This document shows, one piece after another, positions 53,369 through 60,920 of a stretch of DNA of 64,000 nt (position 1 is the first letter of the stretch; every line of letters starts with the position of its first letter). A program made the position numbers and the translations under genes. A model generated the notes under the pieces. That model was given only the letters and a program-made list of their open reading frames with translations. It was not told where the DNA came from and ran no database searches. Source of the stretch: a bacterium (GTDB lineage: Bacteria > Patescibacteriota > Microgenomatia > Daviesbacterales > UBA10151); the NCBI GenBank assembly GCA_021786315.1, contig JAJYNN010000002.1, forward strand, positions 334,997 to 398,996, in the 5' to 3' direction.

Positions 53369-54844
53369 ATGGCTTTGTTTGGAAATAAATTTAAGGTAAA
53401 GGATCTAGTTTCCCTCACTCTCCTACTCTTGTTAATGGCTGCTATTCCTTTGGGGGTGAAATTAATTGAACAACAACAGATATTAAAAGGAAGGGCATCC
53501 TCGAATCTGGATAGTTGTGTCAATAAATTAATCTTTGGGTTTAATGGCCCGGTCAATAATAAAATTAGAGAGCTTTTTACCAGCCCTTCACTTAATTTTA
53601 TTCCAGTTGCTTGGAAGGATATCCAGCCAAATCAAAGTTCTGCTTACGATTTTTCCAAAGTTGATAAATTAATAAATGACACCATTGCCGAAGGCCGGAC
53701 TCCAACTATTAAGTTTTGTGATGGTGATTGTTTCCCTGATTGGGCCAGGCAAATGGACACCGCTCCCGAGAGAACTTATTGCTGTAGTACTGATTATGTG
53801 TGCCGAGTATTAAAGGAAGATACCGGTACTGCAAACGCCTTTTCCGATGTGGTTAAAGCGATGGTGAACCGCTATAAAGATAAGGTGCATTATTGGGATT
53901 ATGGTATTGAGCCAAATTGCCGGGGTTACAACCCACAAAAATATACCGGTTTGCTGAAAAACTTTGCCAACTCTGTTAGGTCACAGGATTCAGGAGCTGT
54001 TATTGTCGGAGGACATTTGGCGGGAGCCAACATCGACTATCTGCGGGCGATGTATGCCGCCGGGGCTAAACCGTATTTTGACCGGCTCTCCGTTGACCCT
54101 TATGGTGAGCCGTTGGACTTTAATGCCTTGGAAGTTGCCCATAATTATATGGTTAGTCAAGGAGATGGCAATAAAAAGATCTGGTTGGGTGAATGGGGTT
54201 TGGCGACTAACAATGATGAGACAAAACAAGCAGATCAAGTCCAGATAGGCCTAAATTATTTGGCAAATCAATCTTGGATTGAAGCTGCTTTTTATCACAA
54301 TTTTGAATGTGAGCTTTGGACTAGCACTTGTTCCCCCGGAACTCCCGGTTACTTAGGCTTTGGTTTAACTAAAAGTGATGGCAGCGTGAAGCTTGCCTAC
54401 AATACCTTTAAGCATGCGGTGAGTGCTTGTATGGCTGCAACCCCTACGGCTCAGCCTTCCCCTATTGCCAGCCCGACAACTTCCGCTTCTCCGACCGGAA
54501 CCATATCCCCTGTGCCGACGGTTTCCTGGGCTCAAAGTACCCCAACCCCAATTTCTTCATCCCAGGGTAATAATTCCGGTAGAGCTACCTCCACCTCTAC
54601 TCCATCTTATAAGAGGAACTTGTCCAAAGCCTTCCCTACCCCGACTCCCCTGCCTACCTTGTCTCAGGAAACCCTCAAGTTTGACTATAACGGTGATAAT
54701 AAAGTTAATAGTTTTGATGTTGGTTTGTTTATCCAAGGATGGCTGAAGAATGATGCTTCCGGAATTGTTAAATTTGACGCCAACGGCGATGGCATTATTA
54801 ACTCACTGGATTATTCCCTTTTGGTCAAGAGTGTTAATCCTTAA
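53369..54844 (+). CDS. membrane-anchored GH-A clan glycoside hydrolase with S/T/P linker and C-terminal dockerin-like domain
   Basis: W..IQP....YDF...D, IEPN, IWLGEWG; DYNGDNKVNSFD / DANGDGIINSLD. Confidence 0.8.
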   Translation: MALFGNKFKVKDLVSLTLLLLLMAAIPLGVKLIEQQQILKGRASSNLDSCVNKLIFGFNGPVNNKIRELFTSPSLNFIPVAWKDIQPNQSSAYDFSKVDKLINDTIAEGRTPTIKFCDGDCFPDWARQMDTAPERTYCCSTDYVCRVLKEDTGTANAFSDVVKAMVNRYKDKVHYWDYGIEPNCRGYNPQKYTGLLKNFANSVRSQDSGAVIVGGHLAGANIDYLRAMYAAGAKPYFDRLSVDPYGEPLDFNALEVAHNYMVSQGDGNKKIWLGEWGLATNNDETKQADQVQIGLNYLANQSWIEAAFYHNFECELWTSTCSPGTPGYLGFGLTKSDGSVKLAYNTFKHAVSACMAATPTAQPSPIASPTTSASPTGTISPVPTVSWAQSTPTPISSSQGNNSGRATSTSTPSYKRNLSKAFPTPTPLPTLSQETLKFDYNGDNKVNSFDVGLFIQGWLKNDASGIVKFDANGDGIINSLDYSLLVKSVNP

Positions 54845-54889
54845 GGTTTCACTTGACAACCTTTATATATATGGTCTACGCTAAATTCA

Positions 54890-55177
54890 GTGGATCCTGA
54901 CATGAACCAATTTGATTCGATTAAAGAGCAAACCAGTAAAAGGAAAAATGTTTTAACTGCCTTAATGGTTGTAGCGGCAATTCTAATAATTCCCTTCGGA
55001 GTAAAGCTTATCCAGCAACAACAGGAATTAAAGTCAAAAGCGGCTAATGATTCCATTCAGTTTGCCGGTGATAGTGTCAAGTGTGATACGGCCGGTAAAT
55101 GTACCACCACTTCCAAGACAGTCCAGGTCCAGTTGCGTTCGCCGCTTGGACCGCCGGCCAAACTACCGCAGCATTAA
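54890..55177 (+). CDS. small membrane-anchored protein
   Basis: IPFGVKLIQQQQELKSKA, the same anchor motif as the 53369 protein. Confidence 0.65.
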   Translation: MDPDMNQFDSIKEQTSKRKNVLTALMVVAAILIIPFGVKLIQQQQELKSKAANDSIQFAGDSVKCDTAGKCTTTSKTVQVQLRSPLGPPAKLPQH

Positions 55178-55180
55178 AAT

Positions 55181-57148
55181 ATGGAATATCTTAAAAAAGC
55201 CTACATTTTAATAATTCCACTTTCCCTCTCCTTATTTTTATTTGTAGCCTTTTTCGTTAGCCCGGTAAAAAGTTATGCTTGTACTCCTGGTGAAAGTGAG
55301 GTTTGTCCTAGCATAAAGCAATGTACTAGTGGCCCTCATCAGGGAGAAGCTTGTGCATCCGGGCACAAATATTGTACAAATTTAAACCCTGCAACTGGTG
55401 AATATGATAACGATGTAACACCTTATTGGACCGATTGTGTGCAGGAGGTAGATAATTGTGGTACACAGTGTACTTCGGCTACAGTTTCTCCGACAGGTTC
55501 GACTGGTAATTGTAGCGGTAATGCCAATACTAAATGTGGATCAATCCCTTGGAGCACTGTAAGCTCAGAGCTGAAAAGTGCTGGTTATGGCGGGCCGTTT
55601 GATTGTAGTCAAACAGAGCTGGATAGTTACAATGGGGTTAAGGTTTGTGAAGGAACAAGTCCTACTGGAAGCCAAAATGGTTCGTGCCCTTTGAGCGGAT
55701 ATAGTGTTGATAACGCTTTGGCTACCTGTATTGCGAGTAAGGACAGCAGCCTGCCGGGAAGTATTAAGAAGTTAGGTAGTGACAACGGTCAGGATTGGAG
55801 TGGCTGCTCAAACCAGCAATTAATTGCCAAGTGGTGTACGGATATTAATTCCAGCGGTTGTAACGATTACAAAAACGGTGCTTGCGCTTCCGGGCCGACT
55901 GCCACACCCACTGTGGCGGTTGCAACTACTGAGTACAGAATTTCTGAAACCCGGTTTGGCCGAAGCGACAGTGGAACCGGTTCCCCTCAATGGGTTGCCT
56001 ATAATAGTGATGACGGTTCTGAACCGATAACCGTTCCTTATACTTTTACCAATGGTAATCCCGGTGATACTTTAACCCTTTGGGTGCAATTTAAGGACAA
56101 TAAGGGCGATGTAACTGAGCCTAAACCTTACTCTATTAAATATATCGGCCCTGACCCAAAGATTACCAGCGCTAGTTGTACCTTTGACCCATCCGGCCAG
56201 GGAACCTTGGTAACTTTGACCGGATCTAATTTCAATACCCACGACGAACAAGGCACGGGCGGTGTTAAGATTAACGGCCAGCAGGCGGATATTATCTCTT
56301 GGGGCGAGGATACTCCGGGTATTACTCCTACAGGTGCTGTTTCTCCCACTATGTCGGTTACACCTACAACTTCCGTATCCCCAACTGCCAGGCCGGGTGG
56401 GACTGTCTGTGCCCAGGTTATAACTTCGGCAAAAAATGCTACCGGGACTGAGTGTAAAGATTTTCCAACCCCTTGTGATGTTCCGGCGGGATGGGTGGTT
56501 GTCAACAGCTGTTCGGGCGGCTCAACTGTTTTGGGTGAAAGCGTTACCAGATCAAAGGTTGTGGCTAAAATCAAAGACCAGCTTCCCGGAAATGCCAGGG
56601 TTCCGCTTTTGCTGACCATGGATGACGGCCGGGCTGTCACGGCTACCTGTAGCATAAACACCACCACTGTCTCATTCCAGGCAAAAATTGGCTGCCGCAC
56701 CTCCGGTGACTATGCCGAAAACGGTGTCAACATTAATATCATGGAGGACATCCGTGGCGCTAAACCTTTGGTCAGGCAAAAGGTCAATATTGACGCTGCA
56801 GGAAATCTTCCCTCTGATTTTGCTCCGGTGCTGGAAGTTGGTAAGAAATACAAAATGTTAATTAAAGCCCCCAATACTCCAACCCGCAGAATTGAGTTTA
56901 CCCCCTCACTAGGATCGAATATTTTGTCTGACGTCAGTATGGATGTTGGTGATATTGCCCCGGCTGGACATGCTGACGGTAAGATCAACGCTTTGGATAA
57001 GTCTGAGCTTGCCAGAGAGTTTTCCGCAGGCTGTAGCACCACAACTGCCAAAGCGGGAGACTTTAACCAGGATGGTTGTGTCAATGCCTTGGACTGGTCT
57101 TGTATGAGGGAAAATATTAATAAGGAGGACGAGGACACAATCCAGTAA
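55181..57148 (+). CDS. Cys-rich secreted protein with IPT/TIG-like and C-terminal dockerin-like domains
   Basis: signal peptide; VTLTGSNF; GD......DGKINALD / GDFNQDGCVNALD. Confidence 0.78.
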   Translation: MEYLKKAYILIIPLSLSLFLFVAFFVSPVKSYACTPGESEVCPSIKQCTSGPHQGEACASGHKYCTNLNPATGEYDNDVTPYWTDCVQEVDNCGTQCTSATVSPTGSTGNCSGNANTKCGSIPWSTVSSELKSAGYGGPFDCSQTELDSYNGVKVCEGTSPTGSQNGSCPLSGYSVDNALATCIASKDSSLPGSIKKLGSDNGQDWSGCSNQQLIAKWCTDINSSGCNDYKNGACASGPTATPTVAVATTEYRISETRFGRSDSGTGSPQWVAYNSDDGSEPITVPYTFTNGNPGDTLTLWVQFKDNKGDVTEPKPYSIKYIGPDPKITSASCTFDPSGQGTLVTLTGSNFNTHDEQGTGGVKINGQQADIISWGEDTPGITPTGAVSPTMSVTPTTSVSPTARPGGTVCAQVITSAKNATGTECKDFPTPCDVPAGWVVVNSCSGGSTVLGESVTRSKVVAKIKDQLPGNARVPLLLTMDDGRAVTATCSINTTTVSFQAKIGCRTSGDYAENGVNINIMEDIRGAKPLVRQKVNIDAAGNLPSDFAPVLEVGKKYKMLIKAPNTPTRRIEFTPSLGSNILSDVSMDVGDIAPAGHADGKINALDKSELAREFSAGCSTTTAKAGDFNQDGCVNALDWSCMRENINKEDEDTIQ

Positions 57149-57194
57149 ACCGGGAGTTGTAGACAAGCAATCTTGGTTATGTTTAGATAAATAT

Positions 57195-57803
57195 ATGGAG
57201 CAAACACAGGGAATAATCAGTAAACTAGCTACCAGAAGAAACATTGTTACCGTGATTGTGGTTATTTTGGTGGCTGAGATAGCTTGGGGCGTTTGGACTT
57301 TAACCAAACCCACCAAACAAGGGTCCACCGAGCGGGGTTTGGTGTCTGAAGCCAAAGCCTCTTCTGCCTCCGTCTTTTTACAGACCCCTAAGTCCAGCTA
57401 CACTATTGGGGAAAAAGTGGTTGTAACCATCAGCATCTCCTCTACCCGCCACACCGATGGAACGGATTTAATCATTAAATATGATCCGAAGGTATTGGCG
57501 ATGGATCCTGCTGTAACTAAAGCCCCGGTGGCTGTCGGCAAGATTTATACTGAGTACCCAATAAATACCGTGGATGAAAAAGCCGGGAAAATTACTGTTT
57601 CCGGAATTACTTCTGCTCCGTCCGGAGTAGTCCCGCAAGGGGTTTTTGGAACTGTCACATTCGTGGCTAAAGCTTCCGGAAAAACAAAAATCGCTTTGGA
57701 CTTTACTCCCGGAAGCACCTCAGATTCCAATGTTGTGGAATCAAAAACAGCCCTGGATGTCCTTGATGGGGTGAAAGACGTCGACCTGACAATCGTGCCA
57801 TGA
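57195..57803 (+). CDS. membrane-anchored cohesin-domain protein
   Basis: TDGTDLIIKYDP..L, G.I..SG, FGTVTF.AK.SG...I.LDF, DSNVV. Confidence 0.8.
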   Translation: MEQTQGIISKLATRRNIVTVIVVILVAEIAWGVWTLTKPTKQGSTERGLVSEAKASSASVFLQTPKSSYTIGEKVVVTISISSTRHTDGTDLIIKYDPKVLAMDPAVTKAPVAVGKIYTEYPINTVDEKAGKITVSGITSAPSGVVPQGVFGTVTFVAKASGKTKIALDFTPGSTSDSNVVESKTALDVLDGVKDVDLTIVP

Positions 57804-58540
57804 AAAGATTATTGACCCGCTGCCTTTTGTCTGTAGCCGCTTTGGCGACCATATCCTTTTCTGCCGCTCCTGCATTTGCTACCGGAGCGACACTTTCGTT
57901 GTCCCCCAGTACCGGAACCTTTAATAAAGGCTGCGGCTTTACACTTTCAATTAATTTAGACACCGGTGGCGCCCAAACAGACGGCACCGACGCTATTTTA
58001 TTCTATGACCCTACCCGTTTTACCGCTAATGCCATTCACAGCGGAACAATTTATGCAGATTACCCGGGCAATAATATCGATGCCACAAATGGAAAGATTA
58101 CTGTTTCCGGATTGTCTTCTGTAAGCAGCGCTTTTTCAGGGGCAGGGACGTTGGCGACAATAGACTTTGCGGTAGCAGATGATGCTCCGGCCGGCACCAG
58201 CCAGATTAAGTTTGATTTTGACCCCGCTGATAAAACCAAAACTACCGATTCCAATGTTGTGGAAAGAGGGACGGTTACAGATATCTTAAACCAAGTGGTA
58301 GACGGTAACTACACTATTGGTACCGGGGCCTGCGGCACCACCAATTCAGGGACAACAACGACAACTACGAATAATACAGCCACCGGTTCCGGTGTTTGGA
58401 CTAAGACACCTGTTGGCGGGCCTCTCCCGACCAAAACTCCGGTTCTTCCCCAATCCGGGAACATTTCTCCGACGGTTTTAGTGGCCGTCGTTGGCAGCGC
58501 TTTGACTATTTTAGGCATCTTAGGTCTCGCGATACTTTAA
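57800..58540 (+). CDS. cohesin-domain protein with LPxTG-like (LPQSG) motif and C-terminal TM
   Basis: ATLSLSP, TDGTDAILFYDP, GTLATIDF, DSNVV; LPQSG plus hydrophobic tail. Confidence 0.82.
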   Translation: MKRLLTRCLLSVAALATISFSAAPAFATGATLSLSPSTGTFNKGCGFTLSINLDTGGAQTDGTDAILFYDPTRFTANAIHSGTIYADYPGNNIDATNGKITVSGLSSVSSAFSGAGTLATIDFAVADDAPAGTSQIKFDFDPADKTKTTDSNVVERGTVTDILNQVVDGNYTIGTGACGTTNSGTTTTTTNNTATGSGVWTKTPVGGPLPTKTPVLPQSGNISPTVLVAVVGSALTILGILGLAIL

Positions 58541-58541
58541 T

Positions 58542-59459
58542 ATGGCTCTCTCTGCTCTTGTCACCGATTTCCTGGAATACCTGGAGGTAGAACGTCATGC
58601 CTCCCAAAAAACGATCGAAAATTACGACCACTACCTTAAAAGGTTTGTCGAGTTTGCCGGGGATATTGATCCGAGGGCAATCAATTTGGCCTTGATCCGT
58701 AAGTTTAGGCTGCACTTAAACCGCTGGATTGATCCTAAAACCAAGAAGCCCTTAAAAAGGGTGACCCAAAATTATTTCATGATTGCTCTCCGGGCATTCT
58801 TAAAATATCTCGCCCGCCAGGACGTAGATACTTTATCTCCGGAAAAGGTGGAGCTGGGAGAAACCGATGCCGCTCCGATCAAAGTTTTGGATGAGGAAGC
58901 CTTAAAGAGACTATTAGAGGCGCCGGATGTTTTGGACAAGTCCGGGCTTCGGGATAAAGCCCTTTTGGAAACGCTGTTTTCTACCGGCCTGCGGGTTTCC
59001 GAGTTGGCTTCTTTAAATAAGGACACTGTAAACCTCGACAGAAAAGAATTTTCAGTGGTCGGGAAAGGTTCCAAGGAACGGATTGTCTTTTTGTCTGACG
59101 ATGCAGCCAAATGGCTTGACCAGTACCTTAAAAGCCGCAAGGACCCCTATAAACCGCTGTTTATCCGCTATCAGGGAGCAGATGACCCGGCGGATAATGG
59201 GGAAAATATGCGGCTTACTTCCCGCTCGATCCAAAGGATTGTGGAAAAATATGTTAAAGGTGTGGGACTTCCGGTAAAAGCCACTCCCCATACTTTGCGC
59301 CATAGCTTTGCTACGGATTTGTTAATCAATGGAGCCGATATCCGTTCGGTGCAGGAAATGCTGGGCCACTCCAACATAGCCACCACCCAAATTTATACCC
59401 ATATCACGAATAAGCACCTCAAGGATGTCCACAAAAGTTTTCATTCTGGAAATAAATAA
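58542..59459 (+). CDS. xerC: site-specific tyrosine recombinase, XerC/XerD family
   Basis: FL.YL..ER..S..T..NY, TGLRVSEL, GKGSKER, HTLRHSFAT, LGH...TTQIYTH. Confidence 0.88.
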   Translation: MALSALVTDFLEYLEVERHASQKTIENYDHYLKRFVEFAGDIDPRAINLALIRKFRLHLNRWIDPKTKKPLKRVTQNYFMIALRAFLKYLARQDVDTLSPEKVELGETDAAPIKVLDEEALKRLLEAPDVLDKSGLRDKALLETLFSTGLRVSELASLNKDTVNLDRKEFSVVGKGSKERIVFLSDDAAKWLDQYLKSRKDPYKPLFIRYQGADDPADNGENMRLTSRSIQRIVEKYVKGVGLPVKATPHTLRHSFATDLLINGADIRSVQEMLGHSNIATTQIYTHITNKHLKDVHKSFHSGNK

Positions 59460-59491
59460 GGGATATGGTGTATGTAGTAAGGGGTATGGAT
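59457..59491. repeat. 5 x 7-mer arm from the xer stop to the 4HB start
   Basis: taaggga tatggtg tatgtag taagggg tatggat. Confidence 0.8.
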
Positions 59492-59864
59492 GGAAAATCA
59501 GAAAATAAAGTCTTTTACTGAGCTTAACGCCTGGCAAGAGGGCCATCAATTAGTTTTAGCAATATATCGTTTAAGTAAATCATTTCCTCAAGAAGAGAAA
59601 TTTGGATTAACAGATCAAATAAGGAGGGCATCTGTTTCTATAACTTCTAACTTAGCCGAGGGTTTTTCGAGATTAGGCAGAAAAGAGAAGTTACAGTTTT
59701 ATCGCATGTCTTTGGGTTCCTTAACTGAATTACAAAATCAACTGATTATTGCAAGGGACTTAGAATACGTGACTTTTGAAGAATTCAGGAAAATAGAAGA
59801 CTTATCTGTGGTAGTTAGTAAATTATTAAATGGTTTACTTAAATCTCTTTCCCGTAATACATAA
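59490..59864 (+). CDS. four helix bundle protein (23S rRNA IVP / Avd-like)
   Basis: SF.EL.AWQ, FP.EEKFGLTDQIRRASVSI.SNLAEGF, GSL.E..QL. Confidence 0.93.
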   Translation: MENQKIKSFTELNAWQEGHQLVLAIYRLSKSFPQEEKFGLTDQIRRASVSITSNLAEGFSRLGRKEKLQFYRMSLGSLTELQNQLIIARDLEYVTFEEFRKIEDLSVVVSKLLNGLLKSLSRNT

Positions 59865-59887
59865 TACTTACCCCTTACCCCATAAAC
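59853..59887. repeat. 5 x 7-mer arm, inverse of 59457-59491, overlapping the 4HB and nfo stops
   Basis: cgtaata cataata cttaccc cttaccc cataaac. Confidence 0.8.
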
Positions 59888-60713
59888 TTTTCAGTAATTC
59901 CACATTATTCTTATCCGGTCCTTGTCCTGCCTCCCCTGGGATTTCCAGGATAAAGGGTACATTTTGTAGTTTGGGATGGTTTATTAAAGCCCGGAAACCT
60001 TCCAGTCCGATATAACCTTGGCCGATATTCTCGTGCCTGTCTTTTTTGCTTCCCAGCTCTGTTTTGGAATCATTGGCATGGATGGCCACCAATTTTTCTA
60101 CCCCAATTTCCCGGTTTATCACCTCTACCCACTCCTCTACTTTCTCTTTTGTTCTTAAATCATATCCTGAGGCAAAAGCATGCTGGGTATCCAAACAAAC
60201 CTTTAGCCTGGGATTGTTGACTGCCTTGATAATTTGCCCAAGTTCCTCAAGGGTATCCCCTATTAAATTCCCTGCTCCGGCCGAATTTTCCAGGATCAAA
60301 TTAGCCTCACCGGTTTGGCTCAAAATAGCTTTGATGGCTTGGACAACCTGGCCTATTGCCTGCTCCTGGGTAGTGCCTTTATATGACCCAATATGGAAAA
60401 TAGTTCCCCCTATTCCCAACTTTTCCGCCGTCTTTTGGGAATAAATGAGCCAATTGACGGATTTTTGTAGGTGCTCCTGGTTAGGTGTAGCCAAGCTGAC
60501 AAGGTAAACTGCGTGGATAAAGTTAGGGCCGATCCCTGATTCTTGGGCTTTAGCCCGGTATTTTTGAATTTCCTCTTCCGGATGGCTTATTTGAACCCAT
60601 TGCTGAGGCGGGGTGATAAATATTTGGGTGCATTCTGCTCCCAGCTCTTCTGCCCGGTTAAAACTTAGATCCAGTGATCCGGCAGCTGAAACATGAGCAC
60701 CCACCTTTGGCAT
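59868..60713 (-). CDS. nfo: endonuclease IV
   Basis: GAHVSAAG, HA.YL, LENSAG, CLDTQH, H.NDS, DRHENIG.G. Confidence 0.94.
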   Translation of the reverse strand: MPKVGAHVSAAGSLDLSFNRAEELGAECTQIFITPPQQWVQISHPEEEIQKYRAKAQESGIGPNFIHAVYLVSLATPNQEHLQKSVNWLIYSQKTAEKLGIGGTIFHIGSYKGTTQEQAIGQVVQAIKAILSQTGEANLILENSAGAGNLIGDTLEELGQIIKAVNNPRLKVCLDTQHAFASGYDLRTKEKVEEWVEVINREIGVEKLVAIHANDSKTELGSKKDRHENIGQGYIGLEGFRALINHPKLQNVPFILEIPGEAGQGPDKNNVELLKSLWGKG

Positions 60714-60919
60714 TAGAGCAAAACTTTTCCTGCCCAGCCGTAGTATTGGAAGTCAGAGATAAATCCCGGAAGCTGGATAGGCCAGGTTAAGACTACTGCA
60801 TAAAATCCGGGGCTGAAGAAGGATAAGCTGGGCCAGTGATAAAAGAAGGCGTAAAGGATGGCAAAAATTAGCCCGATGACAAAGTATATAATGGCAAACG
60901 TTGGCAGTTTTTTTGTCAT
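60713..60919 (-). CDS. small membrane protein
   Basis: hydrophobic ORF starting MTKKLP right after the gyrA stop. Confidence 0.6.
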   Translation of the reverse strand: MTKKLPTFAIIYFVIGLIFAILYAFFYHWPSLSFFSPGFYAVVLTWPIQLPGFISDFQYYGWAGKVLL

Positions 60920-60920
60920 T

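Noticed and set aside
53233-53556. N-terminal extension of the 207-aa ORF 52933..53556
   Set aside because: It runs through a repeat arm and is antisense to the 53369 gene; family similarity starts at MEIKD (53232).
58542-59459. Prophage or island integrase
   Set aside because: Size and motifs match housekeeping XerC/D, there are no phage genes, and a dif-like site is nearby.
25473-59864. Diversity-generating retroelement, suggested by the Avd-like proteins
   Set aside because: No reverse transcriptase and no TR/VR pair with adenine-specific mismatches were seen in the window.
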